A DNA stretch of 63,833 nt, the filler included, from Pelomyxa schiedti (lineage: Eukaryota; Protista; Evosea): NCBI GenBank assembly GCA_020536535.1. It is 9 parts of 9 records of this genome, joined end to end, with 100 filler letters (N's around TTAATTAATTAA, not from the genome) between each part and the next. Parts side by side here need not be neighbours in the genome. Positions count along the whole stretch, not along the records: positions 1 to 11,773 come from JAHLWZ010000230.1; positions 11,874 to 19,192 come from JAHLWZ010001363.1; 7 more parts are not named here. The stretch is one strand, 5' to 3'. The notes below the pieces were generated by a model. That model made no database searches and was not told the origin of the DNA. It saw only the letters and a list, made by a program, of their open reading frames with translations. The position numbers and the translations under genes are program-made. Shown here in pieces: positions 1 through 12,950 of the stretch (position 1 is the stretch's first letter; every line of letters begins with the position of its first letter).

Positions 1-699
1 CTGGAATGAACACAACACCAGGCCCTACTTCCACCCACCTGCTAACTCCCATGGCTCAGCTCCATACTCACCCTCTTACTCTTGCTCTCAGCACCGCCAG
101 CAACCAAGATCTACGCCGCGACGGAGAGTGCGGTGCCAACGAAGGTGACACCGCGATGATGAACAACGAGACGACGAACAACGACGGCGGGAGCAGCACC
201 ACGAGCGGCAACAGCGCGTTCAAAGTAGAAGAAAAACCCATGGCTTATCTTTTTCTTTTCTCTTTCCACTGGCTAACTCTGCTTTAGACTTTGATGTTTA
301 CTATACCATGCCATTTTTCATTATATATGTGTTTCTATATATTTGCCATGGCTTTGGCCACAAGCAACACAAAGTGTGATGACACTCCCCACTTGCCTCA
401 CCTCCTAACCAAAAAAAAAAAAATACCAGGTTGTTTTGTGAGCCAGAACCAGAAAAGGGAAGGAAGAGGGAAGTGGCCTGTGGCGGGGGCTACCGAAACC
501 GCCAGAGATCCACCAAAAAAACGAAAATTTTGGATATGGAAGGGAACACTTTTGTGTGCGTACTACTAGTGGTTCACTGTTCCTTCCACTGGCCATTTCC
601 CCTCTCTTCCTCTTCACTTTTTGGAAACTCCCAATCCTGGCATTTTGGGAGAAGACAACAAGGTGATTTATCACCAACTCATGATTTTCTTTATGTTTG

Positions 700-2432
700 T
701 CTCACACACTACATAGTTCTGTTTCAATTAGGAGAACCTTGCATTTCCAGTACGTTAAATCTCGCATTCAGTGCGTCAGGAACTACGTTGGTAATCCCCT
801 TTATGTATACATCTTTTGTTGGTAAGCAACTTTGTAGAGTGAGACACCATCTTTATACTTTACTGTGAGGCGGACATGTATTATTTAACTTTACCAATAC
901 TGTATGATCACAATAAAGTATCCAGGAGTGATTTTCGAGGTATTCTTAGAATCAAACAATTCCACAAACAACAGCTAATACTTCCAATTTGGTAATAGGG
1001 TAATTCTGTTCGTACTTCTTCAACTTTGGTCTTTGGAACTCCCATGACAATATAGCAACATAACTAATGATATGTCCAAGGAATTAATTGTATCAAGACA
1101 AAATTCACACTTAGAAGGTTTCAACTTCACTCCAGCTTCATATAACCATTCAAATACTTCTAGATGCTTCACATGAATATGTGAAAATATGATGATGTTA
1201 ACAATATAAGTTAAAACATTTGCCATTGCTTTATGTCGTTGGTAAGTCATTTACCAAACCAAATGGCATTCTTACCATCTCCAGGTGTCTAATGCACAAT
1301 AAAAGCAGTTTTCAGTATGTCTTCCTCTTTCATCTGCACTTGCCCACAGCCACTGAATGCATCTAACTTTGGCCAAAATCTGTTCTCTCCTAGCAGATGT
1401 GTTGTACTCATGACATTGGGCATAGCAAATCCATCCTTGACATGATTGTGTTGAGATGTCAATAGTCAACACAAAAACGAATTGAACCGTATTTCTTCAC
1501 AAGAATGACAGGTGCTGAGTATGGGCTGTTGCTATATCTAACCACACCCACATCAAGTAATTTTTGCACTTCTTCTTTCTCCTTTTCACACTTATCAGGA
1601 TTCACTGTCTCTTCACATTGATGGGTGCATCAGATGTCAACTTGATTTCATGTTCAACTCCCTTTATTTCTCCAAGTTCCTATGCTATCACTGTGAAAAC
1701 TTTGCGATAAGCCATTGAGGAGTTTCAACAACTTTTCTACTTCTGATGCTCATCCAAATGTGATCCAATCTTGTTTATTGGTTCTCTAGGTACTGTATTC
1801 TCATCTTTCTTGTTAATGTTAATCTCATAAACTGCAAGTGATCCTACTCGTTTCCAGCTTCCATTACATCTTGGCTGGGATTTTCCCCTTGAGGGCTTGT
1901 CCTTTGTACAATCAAATAGGAGCTTCCCTTGTGTCTGCCACTTCGATTGCAAAATTTCTAGTTTCTGGTATGATATATACAGAGCAGAATGTGCAAGATA
2001 CCATGTATGATTCCTTATTTGCACTTCTCAACAAGTAATAATTCTCCAGGATACAATCCAACTGGTAGATTGACTGCAATCTTCATAGTAGTCCAGCCAG
2101 CGATTGTCAAATTGTTGGCTGATACTATCCTCTTGGTGGTTCTATTCTTCGTAAGTAAATGTACTTTCTTCCCACCTTACCATCTAAATGAATTACAAGA
2201 ATTCGAGATTTCTCCTTAGTACATTGTAGTGGTATCACAGCCCAGTAGAACTATATCCTTCAGTCCTTTGGTCACTGTACAAGTTACAATGTGCTTTGCA
2301 TTTCCAATTTCTGCAGGTAAATCAATTCATCCCCAGAATTCCAGTAATGTGTCATTGATAGCTTCAGCTTTTGCAATACTATTCAAAGTGGACAACCAAG
2401 TGCCCAACTTACTACGAAACGCGTGTTTGCTT
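700..2432 (-). mobile_element. Degenerate Ty3/Gypsy LTR retrotransposon pol (protease-RT-RNase H remnant)
   Basis: Minus-strand translations give LLDVGVVRYSNSPYSAPVILVKKYGSIRFCVD (~1465-1560), KTAF..PFG (~1255-1315), GVKLKPSKCEF (~1100-1135), the RNase H end YIKGITNVVPDAL (~765-810) and a protease-like IVLLGCD (~2235-2255). There are many stops and frameshifts. Confidence 0.85.
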
Positions 2433-2880
2433 CCGGTAACTCCTGGATATCCTCATGTCCTCCCAGAGTTTCGCTATGTGCGTCAATGATCGCACCTTGA
2501 TGTTGGAGTCTTTTGTCAAAAGAGGACATAGTTTTCTGTTTACACCGTGTGTATTCTGTCCATGTTTTACTGTTGTCGTTAACAGTTTTCTGTAAGTTAG
2601 TGATTTGCTCTGTGCTATTATGATTTCTGACAAACTCTTGAGCATGATTTGCACATCATGGACATTTCATCTGTTGGGGTCAAGATCGCCAAGCTTGCAG
2701 TGTCGAAGTACCGCCTGTATTATGTCCCGTATCATGTGATTGATTGGTTGGATCTGTAGTCACCTCGACATCATCAATGTACCCCACAGTTTTGGATGGT
2801 ATCAAGCGTCTCTACATATACAAAATTCAGCCTATTGAAGCCATGTACAAGTTTGAGGATTTCCACTTAAGGATTCCGAA
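2431..2880. repeat. ~450-bp duplicated segment, copy 1 (copy 2 at ~4693-5165), ending in the 5' part of an EHD gene
   Basis: Near-identical to 4693-5165. Both copies begin ttccggtaactcct, and ORFs 2412..2654 and 4714..4929 are almost identical. Confidence 0.9.
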
Positions 2881-3860
2881 TTACGCGTCTCTATGGGAGT
2901 GGAAATGGATGGCTACCTAGCTTTGTAGCTGATCAGTGCACACAGATAGAGTGCCACCAAAACATTATGTATGTATTCCTCACTTCAAAATAATGTTTAC
3001 CATGACTATTTCGAAAATCTCTCTATCATAGAGTGAAATTCAATAATTCCAATAGAATTAATGCTTAATAAATGCCAAGACAAGTTAATAAAACAATAAA
3101 TACAACCAAAATGAATAAATAGAGTTGTACTAATGGTACATAGCTTTGGAGGATTTCTAAGCTTTGAATTTGCATATCTAGCATTCCCGCGTTTGTAAGA
3201 ACACTTGCCGTATGTTGTATGCATGATTCCCATCATTTCCGCGCTAATCCTGTTGCAGTATGCACGCTGCCAGTGCTGGAAATGTCTGCTTCAGTGATTA
3301 TTTAGGCTTCTGGCTGTTCTAATATCACCTGCTGTGTATTGTATGCGTGAATCTCTTTATTCCCACAATAATTACATGCTGCCAGTAATGCCTCTGGGAG
3401 TGAATGACAAAGAAAACACCTCTGCAACTCCAGCCGACTCTACCACTACACAGTCTCAAATCGGGCACAAAATGGGGATTTTTCCAGGTTGCCTACAAAT
3501 TGGAAGACATAATTTATTTTTTTTTTCCCCTTACACCTGTGTGGTTGCGTGGTTGCTAGCTGGTGGTCCAGTAACAGAGAGGCTGTCACGGTTGTACTCT
3601 CAAAATAATTAAAATAAATAAGATATGCGGAAAGAACAAACTCTCTTGCTCTTTGGCAAAGGTGCTTACATCAAATAATTGTCATGCGAACCTGTGTGGA
3701 TGTTAGAAGCAGAAAGCCAATAAAAAGGACAAACCAAGTTTGCTGCCAACTAGCGGAAGTNNNNNNNNNNNNNNNNNNNNNNNNNNNNNNNNNNNNNNNN
3801 NNNNNNNNNNNNNNNNNNNNNNNNNNNNNNNNNNNNNNNNNNNNNNNNNNNNNNNNNNNN

Positions 3861-4692
3861 TTTTGCAATACTATTCAAAGTGGACAACCAAGTGCCCAAC
3901 TTACTATGAAACGCGTGCTTGCTTGCCTTGGCGTCAGAGTAAGCAGCTGTAGATGAGGGAATTGCCTTTCCTCCACCGTTATGTAGGCTACAAGTTTTGG
4001 CGGAACCTGTGCAGCTACCAGACCCGGCTACCAGACCCACTACCAGAGCTTTCCTTCACGTCTGTTTGCTCTTCTTCATCACTGTCTCCTAATTCACATA
4101 CTCTAGGCTTAGTACAATCTCTCCACTTGTGACACAGTTATGACATTTGATGTGACTCTTTCCAGAATGAGATGTGTTCAATGATGAATCAAATGTGGTG
4201 TGCTTGGTTGGTGGATAGTGGTGACTTCCTGATGTGCTAGTGCTAGCAGATGTACTAGTGGTGGTAGTCGAGGGAGAATGGTGAGAGGTGCTTCCATGTG
4301 TCTGGTTTGAATGGAATTGTTCTGATGGTAATATCCATGATCATTATATGTCACGTGAATTCGTTTGTTGTGATCCTCAACCTCTTGTAGTTTCTGGATC
4401 AACTTTGGAATTGTTGTCACTTGGCCTTTCACTGCCGTGTGGTAACACACTTCCCATACAATGCATTTATGGACATCTTGACTTTCATATCTTCATCCAG
4501 TGGAGTTCTCAATCTCGCCACTTCTTTCTGAAATTCACTCCCAGAGTATACAATCTTCTCACCACATTTTTGTCTCATATTTGCCAGGTAGTGCAACTGT
4601 TGACCTTCATGGTGGTGTGCAGTTAATTTCTCAGGTTCATCAAAAACATCATCAATAGACAAATATTCTTCCCAGAAATATGATTGCATCGT
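3861..4692 (-). mobile_element. Degenerate Gypsy gag / protease start
   Basis: A broken zinc knuckle CHNC..HKWRDC lies at ~4114-4150, with gag-like ORF fragments at 4178-4689. Bases 3861-3924 duplicate the protease region at 2369-2432. Confidence 0.6.
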
Positions 4693-5059
4693 TTCCGGTA
4701 ACTCCTATAAATTCTAATCATTGCTCCTCATGTCCTCCCAGAGTTTCACTATGTGTGTCAATGATCGCACCTTGATGTTGGAGTCTTTTGTCAAAAGAGG
4801 ACATAGTTTTCTGTTTTCACCGTGTGTATTCTGTCCATGTTTTACTGTTGTTGTTAACAGCTTTCTGTAAGTTAGCGATTTGCTCTGTGCTATTATGATT
4901 TCTGACAAACTCTTGAGCATGATTTGCACATCATGGACATTTCATCTGTTGGGGTCAAGATTGCCAAGCTTGCAGTGTTGAAGTACCACCTGTATTATGC
5001 CCCATATCATGTGATTGATTGATTGATTGGTTGGATCTGTAGTCACCTTGACATCATCA

Positions 5060-5573
5060 ATGTACCCCACAGTTTTGGATGGTATCAAGTGTATCTACAC
5101 AGACAAAATTCAGCCTATTGAAGCCATGTACAAGTTTGAGGATTTCCACTTCTTAAGGATTCCAATTTCGATGCCAAACCTTTGGTCATGTTTATGGCAC
5201 TCTACTGGAAAAACATCTTTTATCAGGTATGGATTGACTGCTGATAACTTACTTCGTTTGAGTATGAACACCTCTTGTTCTTGTGGGATTTTTGTTTTGT
5301 GTTCCATAAGTGAAGAATTTAATCCCTTCTAAAGATACCTGCTTGAAGTGGATTACCTGTCAGAATATTGGCCCTGAGCCCACTCCAACCAATTTGTGGC
5401 TGTAATTGGTTGTGCAAGATGATATGCCTTTCCAAGCTTCATCACGTTTTGGTAATGTCTCTATTTATCCCTGTCCCACTTACCTTTTTGAAGGTAATGA
5501 TTTCTTGACTAAATTCCAAGCTTCTATGGTCAATGTTCCAATTCTCGAGGATTTAACCATCATTGACACCCCT
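5060..5573 (+). pseudogene. EHD1: EHD/RME-1 (EH-domain dynamin-like ATPase) N-terminal gene fragment with introns and frameshifts
   Basis: Reads MYPTVLDGIK.IY..KIQPIEAMYKFEDFH, DSNFDAKPLVM..STGKTSFIR|YLLE, GPEPT, VVQDDMPF...FG|NDFLTKFQAS..NVPILEDLTIIDTP, colinear with the EHD G-domain. GT-AG introns at ~5228-5334 and ~5452-5493. Small deletions break the frame and it stops at DTP. Confidence 0.8.
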
Positions 5574-5574
5574 G

Positions 5575-6059
5575 AAGCCCTATGTGTTCCATGAAGGGGA
5601 CAGAGTAAAGGTGTATAAGCCTATCAAGTCACCAACCTCAGGGAAGCTGGATATAATGACACCAGGACCTATACACTGTTGAAGAAGATAGGAGATCACA
5701 CATGGCTTACCACTGCAGAAGACTCTGGAGAGCCACGAGTTAAACATGAAGATAATCTTATCCCATGGCATGATCCAGACAAGGCTCCACTGATACCAAA
5801 AGCCATTGGACCTGAAGCAGTAATCCATGGCAAGGTTATTGAAGAGATACTTGAGCACAAGGAAGTACCTGGAGGAATGTTATACCTTGTGAAATGGAAA
5901 GGCTTCACGAACAAAGGAGACTGGATACACAGCAATGCACTCTATTCATCACAACATTAACAAGATGAGATCCACTCCTATTGGGCCAAGTATTATTTGG
6001 CAGCTCTAAAGAGGAAAAAGGAGTGCAACGTGAGGACAGTTGCACAGTAAGAGGGGGGA
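5575..6059 (+). mobile_element. Chromovirus integrase C-terminus (GPY/F motif + chromodomain) and polypurine tract
   Basis: GDRVKVYKP...GKL...GP/YTLLKKIG is followed by the chromodomain VIEEILEHK...YLVKWKGF..GDW (ORF 5679-5960). A PPT aagagggggga at 6049-6059 sits directly before TG. Confidence 0.8.
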
Positions 6060-6339
6060 TGTTAGTGATATGGATAGAAATTGAACTTTAGATGATCAAC
6101 ATGATGGCCATGAAGCAAATGCATGGGAATGGAATCCACAGATTGATCATGTCAGCACCAATATCAAGGATCGCACCGAGACAGTAGCGAAATCCACAAC
6201 AGTGTCACCAAACAACGTTAGCCACAGAACTCCACACCACCACACGAGAAAAGTCACGCACTCTTAAGCCGAACCAAAATTGTTTAATTGTGGCCAAAGT
6301 CGAATAGAAAAACATTATTCATCTTGCTTGTTTCTAACC
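6060..6339 (+). repeat. Putative 3' LTR of the chromovirus element
   Basis: Starts TGTTAG immediately after the PPT. A near-inverted CTAAC at 6334-6338 follows an A-rich stretch. No second LTR copy was recognised in the window. Confidence 0.5.
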
Positions 6340-6483
6340 GTTAGAGTGGGATGGATAAAAGTAGAAGTTAATCAATGTTTGGGTGGTGCGGTACCAGACT
6401 CGGGCTCGGCACATGCCTGAGCATCCCGTAATTTCTTCTCTGTCTCGAGAGGTACTTGCGGTACTCGACAGGGTGGTCTGTGG

Positions 6484-7347
6484 CTCACTTTCGGCACGCA
6501 TATCGGCTGTGTATTGGTTTGGTGTCGCACATGTGGCATGGTTTGGGGCACACTGCCCAATAGTGGCCAGGCTCATCGCAGATGGCGCATATGCGGCTGT
6601 GGAATCAGCCTGGTGTACCCCATTGTGGTGTTGTGTATCCTCTATTGTGTTCGGTATTGTAACCACTGTTGTAGCCAGTGTTGCTATTATATCTGCCGTT
6701 GTAGCCAGTTTTGTACCTTGAGTTATTGCTGGCATCGTTGCTGGTGTTGGTGCTGGTGGTGTTGGCGGTATTATAACCACCGTCGGTGCTGTAGTTGTGA
6801 GTTTGGGTGTACGTTCCCTCTGGGATGGTTGCACTTGTTGCTGGCATATCAGGTTGATGTTGTGCGGATAGGCTTGCTTGGCTGGGGCGTTCCTTAAGTG
6901 CCCCCTCCACAGCCATAGTAATTGCCTTGGTGATGGCGTCAGGGAGCTCTTCATTGTAGCATGGTTTCTTGCTGTCCGGCTCTTCCACTTCTTCTTCAGA
7001 GTAATTTCCGGTGATGCAAGCTGTAGCCTCCCTGCTAGTGCGGCTTGGTGCCACCTTGCTCTTGGAAAGTTCTCGGTTTGCTTTCTCATACATTGTACTT
7101 TTCTCAATTAGCTTGTCAATTGTGCATATGTTTTCCCACTCCTTTGGTGGCTCTCAGCAGTTGTTCGATGGCCTTCTTGTTCCCACTCCTTCTCCTTCTT
7201 GGTGTCCCGGAAAGCATATAGCCATTTCAACAGCTTCCCTGTTGTGAGTAGTGCAGGGTCCACCTGAGTAATGACGTACTTTCTTTCCATAATGGTAGTT
7301 AGACTGGGGTTAGTAGTGCTGGTGTTGCCAAGCTGATAGGGTGTCAT
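6484..7347 (-). mobile_element. Gag-like pseudogene with two zinc knuckles
   Basis: Reading ORF 6605-7093 through one TGA gives CAICDEPGHYWAVC (CX2CX4HX4C) and then CHMCDTKPIHSRYAC. A G/Y/N-rich low-complexity linker precedes them. Confidence 0.7.
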
Positions 7348-7449
7348 TTGTTTGGTATGTCGTCTTGGGTTAGGAGTTTGGGTTATTGGGATAGGGATAT
7401 TATAGGGTAATAGTTAAAATAAACAGAAAACCTACAGTGATCAATCGTT

Positions 7450-7850
7450 TTCTGATGCCTAATGACTCACAATGTTGTTTAAAAAGTCTCATTTTGATGT
7501 ATGATCGATGTAGTTCTGTTATCCAAGATCGCAACTACATACATGATTAGAGACTTTAATGCAGAGAACAAACCTTCTGAATTGCAGGTAAAGTTGGATC
7601 AAGAGCATGTTTGTAAACCAGTGCTAATCGGTGTGCCATACACCATGTGTACGATACTCCTAACTGTCTGCTGACACCCTCCAAAGCGCCATCAGCAACA
7701 ATACCAGCAACATGAAATCCCTTTGGTATTTCTGAGGTGTTATCAGAACAAAATGCGGACAAATGCGGAAAAAGTAAATACTTGAACAACTGCAGCAATT
7801 TCTGGGCAGGTTCTTTGGTTCGAAAAGTTTCAGTTCTGTTAATCATCAAT
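7450..7850 (-). mobile_element. hAT-family DNA transposase fragment
   Basis: GIVADGA...TWCMAHRLALV matches the D-G-A plus CxxHxLxL signature of hAT transposases. Confidence 0.65.
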
Positions 7851-10800
7851 ACATTGAGGGATCATGCGGAGATACCGGCATCATGGTGGCGAGAGAAGAG
7901 AATCCGGCATGGTGGAATCGTGATTGCACTGCGAAGTGATACTGCGGAATCGCTTGCACAAGCCGCACTCTGAAGGAGACTACCGGCACTGATGCGGCCA
8001 TTTTCGGGACAGCATGCATCCTGCAACAGGAGGATTAGTACGAAAATTATGGGAATCGTGCCATACAACAACCTGAAAACGGGGGAAGAATGAGAATGAA
8101 TGCTAGATATGCAGAATCGAAGCTCGGAAATCATCCAAAGCTATGTACAATTAGTACAACTGGATTTCAATTCATTTCGGTTGTATTTATCGCTTTATTG
8201 GCTTGTATTTGCGTTTTATTGAGATTATTGAATTTCACTGTATATGATATGTAGGAATTTTCAGAATAGTAATGACGTATTATTATTCCAAGTGAGGAAT
8301 ATGTACCTACTAATGTTCTGGTTGCACTCTCTGTCTGTGCACGCTGATCAACTGCAAAGATACATATCAATTTCCACTTTTAGAATTGTCATAAAATCGG
8401 TTTTGTCAAAGCTGAATAATTTGTGAGTCAATTCGATTTTAAAAAACCTTTTTCACCTTTCTTTTGATGTAACAGTCTTCGTGGTCGTTCTTGCATAGAG
8501 TACGTTTGTGTATTCTATCTACTGCATGACACACTCATCTCTGATCCTCCTTCCGAAGATCTTGGGATCAGAGATCTTCTTCTGAAAAACCGAAAATTGA
8601 AAAGTACCGCGCTTTGCTGCGAGTCTCGCGTAGTATCAGCTCATGTACAGCGTAGAGTTGTTGTTGTTGTTGTTGTTGTAAGTGAGATGGTGAAGTGGAT
8701 GGTGCGTCTGGGTGTCGATGTTGTAGGTTGATGTTCGGCGTTTGGTGGCGCAAACCTGCAGTTGTATGCATGAAGGAATGATGTATGAGTCTAACTGAAT
8801 GCAGGTGTTGGATTGGATTCGTCATTTTGTACAATGTGGATTGGGATTCGGGTATGCCACTGCATATAATATATACCATATATATGTGCAAACACCCATC
8901 AACGCATTATGCCTGGTGGCAATATGGAAGGCGTGGCCTTGTAGACATGGGAATGTAGTAAAGTGGGAGAAGGAACATACCAGCCACTGTGGAAAACTGG
9001 AGAGAAAAATAAGGAGTTCATGTCCCATTGAACCTGAATTGAATGTAAATTAGATTGAAGTAGTTCAGATGGTGAACATGCCGGTTGTTGTCCATCTCCT
9101 GTCTGGGTCCAAGTTGTCCAGTGTAACAACAAGTTAGAATACAACACAAATGGAACACGGAAGAGACCTGGGCATGACTTGCGTTACGGAAGAACCACCT
9201 GGAAAGAAATACAAATTTTCCTAAAGGGAAATCCTGCTGCAACTTGTAACCGTGTCTAATTCATAAGGAAAATACTTTCCACAGGTCTTCAACCAAAGCA
9301 CTACATAAAAGAGATCGGATTACCAGTAGAAACAAAATAGAGAGGCGGACCTGAGTAGCAACAGCAATGCGAAAAGCCGAGCTGGGTCGTCAGTTCCACT
9401 ACACTCGGTGGCCAGATCTCGCCAACAGATTTTTGACAACCACTGGCACCCACCACTCACCCTTGTGTGCTTATTTCGTCGTATTACTGCTGGAGCAACA
9501 TTTTTGATGGGAAATAGTGGAGCAGATTGGCCCTGAATGAGTGAGTAGTGTGAGTGGTGTCCCCGACGGGGAGTGACGAACACGTTTGTGGCGAGACAAG
9601 GAGGGAACAAAGTCTTTGATCATTTTAATTGGCGTTTGGTGAAAGGGGTGTCGCTATAAGCCCTGTCTCCCATTGAATTCCCAGAAGACGTCAACAAGCG
9701 TGTGTCCCCACACGCGTTACCCCCCGTGGCGGACGAGTTCGCGATTTCTTCAGGATGTCGCTGCGGCACTCATGTTGGTCTTGTAACTCTTTGTTGGCGA
9801 TAGGGTTCGTCGTCTTGGCGGCTTGTTTGTGGCGATTCGGGTTTGTCGTGTTGTCGGCGCGCGTCATCGCCGCTGTTGTCTTCTGGTGTCTTCGGTGAAG
9901 CGGGCGTTACGCCGTTGCCATCGCATCTCGTCGTTCCGCAACGTGTTGCACACTCTGCTCCGATTCATCGGTATGTTGTCTCCTTGTTGTTCCCTCTCTC
10001 ATGTGCTTTTTGCATTATGTTGGTTTGCATCGCACTGAAGAATAATTCTTCCTTTGCTTGGTTCTCACTCTTTATCTCCGTGTATTGTTTTGAGTTGTTT
10101 CTATTGTTGTTTTGTTCCTTTACTCGTTTTGCTTCCTGCTTTGACCTTTCTTCCACAGAGACTATTCCTGTCATCTGGGGCACCAGCGCCATCAGCTGTA
10201 ATGGTAATGGTGGATTTGTTCACCATGCTCACCTCACTTGCAGCAATTCGGCCTCTCTTGACTTCAAAATGGGCTGGCACCTCCCCCTCTTTGTATTGCC
10301 TGTCCCCAGGCAATCGCTTTCCAATGAGAGTATGATACTGACTCCAGATGGATGGTAATCCTACTATGTCAGCACTCCATCCTTGTAGGGGTCAGGTTCG
10401 TTTCAGAGGCTGTCTTTCACTTTGTGCAGGTAGAGGGCCAAAGCTTTGTATTAATCTCAATTGAAAATCAGGATGACTATCTAATACTCAAAGCAAAATT
10501 GGTTGCTTGATGGATACATCTCTTTTGGGTGCTTACTGGGCACGCTCTCAACTATGGATTTCTAGCCTTGCAACTCTTGTATGAATTCTTGCCATGTATT
10601 GTGCAGACACTCTTTATTCCCAAAACGCAAAGGTCATATGCTGATTTGCTCTTAGGAACATGGAAGTGTCACGCTGTTGGAATCCATTTTGAAACAAAAA
10701 GCTTCAAATGTGTATCTAGCACTTCAGACTTGTCTAAACGCCTACTCAATGTTGTATGTGGGACTCTCACAATTTCTGCACTAATCCCATTTCAAGATCT

Positions 10801-11773
10801 ATGGTGACAGTGTGCCTGAAATGTGTGCTTCCCTGCTGAGAATATCCACTGACAATATGCCAGCTGGCACCGTAATTCCACAGCAAAATAGCTTGGCTGT
10901 GCTGTTTTCTTCTCTGAGGAGCTTCTTGAGGTTCACTAATGAACTTGCACTCGTTTTTACCCTGTTGAATTGAATACAAATAATTGGTTGAAATGCCGTT
11001 CATGCATCTTTGCACTTAATCACCAACAGGCTTCTACTGCACCCCTGAACCAACAAATCCTGTTACCTGAGTGTGAAAACACTCAGCTGTGAGACTACTC
11101 CATGGTTTCCCGCAGTTCAGGAGCTTTGAGCAGCACCTTTGCCCCAGGAGAATGCTCCTCATTTCCACCAGTGCTCAATGCATGCTCAGGTGTGTCAATT
11201 CTTCCTTGGCTACTACCTTATCACTCCTAAGATAAATTGCCTTGCATCACAACATGAATTTCCTCTTGGCGACAGCACACAGGTGTGTCATAAGGATTGA
11301 TGCTGATATCTCCTGCGCCTCAGAAAGTGCTCTGTATGCATGCCTAGAGCCTTTACTTAGGTAAGTCCATAATAGTTGCTGTTCTGACTTTTGACAGAAC
11401 AAGGGACTCTTGTGGAACTGAAATTGGGCTGATTACATTTCCAGGCTTGAAGTGACTTTGAAGCTGACTTGCCAATTCGTTCTGCAGTTGTTGGGATGCT
11501 GTCTGCTCCTTGCAGTGCTTGGTCTGGGTGTTCTCCTTGAAATCTGCGCTGCCAGCTTCTAGCTTGAATGAATTGCAAGCATGAATTGTTCCCAGGTATG
11601 GTTCTATTTTCCATAAGATGATTCCTTACTCATGGTGAAGATAGCAAAGACTGCTGTTGTTGCCAACTGCTCCTAGCTTGTGCAGCTTGAATGCTCTAGC
11701 ATGCCTTGAGCTGTGCTGATGTGCTTCTTGCGTTTTGCTGAATCAGGTTTGCTCCTACCCTTTGTATCAGCAT

Positions 11774-11873
11774 NNNNNNNNNNNNNNNNNNNNNNNNNNN
11801 NNNNNNNNNNNNNNNNNTTAATTAATTAANNNNNNNNNNNNNNNNNNNNNNNNNNNNNNNNNNNNNNNNNNNN
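11774..11873. other. Artificial scaffold-concatenation linker (N44-TTAATTAATTAA-N44); also at 19193, 24097, 29923, 32753, 36608, 59884 and 62708
   Basis: An identical 100-nt six-frame-stop linker occurs 8 times. Confidence 0.97.
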
Positions 11874-12950
11874 ACTTTGGTTCTAACTGGTGAAAACCTA
11901 GTCAGTTTTGGGCAACTGATACTGGGTCACCTATTAGAGTCTTCAAACACACACTGGGTGTGGGTGATGTGGTTGGGTGCATGTCCTGGCATCCGTATGA
12001 TGATCTAGTCTGTGTTTGTGCATTGGGAGATGACCAACCTGCTTTACTCCTTACCTGGAATCCAAGTCTGAGTAGTTCCCAAGAAACTGAAGAAAATATG
12101 GTAGAGGGTGCTTCTATCATCAAAAATAACCAAAAAAGACAATCAACGAAGATTCCCCTGAACATAGTACGCCACCACGACTTGATGCACAAGAATATGC
12201 CCAAAGAATGAAGTTACGAAATGAACAGGTGTCAAGTCCACAACAAAAACAGAATGAACCTTACCTCCAGCTAGTTCCTCAAGAAAGTGGAGGCACTAAC
12301 CAAAACAGTAAACAATGTGGAACCGGATTTAACTTCGCCGCGGTTCCTTAATGTAACTTCATTTTCCCCTTCTCATCCATGGCAGGGAAGAACAAAGTGA
12401 TCAGCAAAGTGATCACCCAAGTGACGAACAGCCCATTATACAGGAGGAACCTTCTAGTGAGGAGGATGAAAGACCTCCCACATATGAGGAAGAGGAAAAA
12501 CCTCCAAAACCAAAGGCACCAAGAAGACCGAGAAGCGGTGAAGAAGAATCACTCTCTCCTCATCCCAAAGAGCGCAGACAATACAGTCCGAAAAAGCTTC
12601 ATACCCCACGGCAGACTGCTCTCCCCAAACCAAAAGTACATACACCAACAAAATCGAGTGCCGGATCATCAACAATATCAACCCACTTACAACACTTTGA
12701 ATCGCAGCCCACGGATGCAAAAATAGAACTTATTATGGAATCAAGAGCACCAAATCCTAAACTCAGCCAGTCCCTCCACCCTCAAAGACAAATGTATGAT
12801 ACTCAACAACAGGTTAGTAACCGCCTCCACTCAATCCCCTCTCTCACCAAAATAGGCTCACCCTCTTTATCACACAATTGGCTCAACTAGGCCTCTCCCG
12901 ACAGATGAGGTTTCCTCAATTTCCCTAAAGCAAATGCCTTTTGTTCATTG
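11874..12950 (+). CDS. 3' part of a WD40 protein, Jouberin/AHI1-like last blade followed by a low-complexity tail (possibly degenerate)
   Basis: VGCMSWHPYDDLVCVCALGDDQPALLL resembles the last WD40 repeat of AHI1 (from recall). The downstream sequence is Pro/Ser/Lys-rich, with frame changes and an uncertain end. Confidence 0.4.

Noticed and set aside
8000-11773. Possible genes in the fragmented ORFs
   Set aside because: No recognisable motifs were found. The sequence is partly CpG-poor and stop-ridden, probably decayed repeats that I cannot assign.
11774-11873. Recurrent TTAATTAATTAA flanked by Ns as a biological repeat
   Set aside because: It is an artificial six-frame-stop linker between scaffolds. 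Synteny across these linkers, such as NRPS next to the SEL1 kinase, is meaningless.
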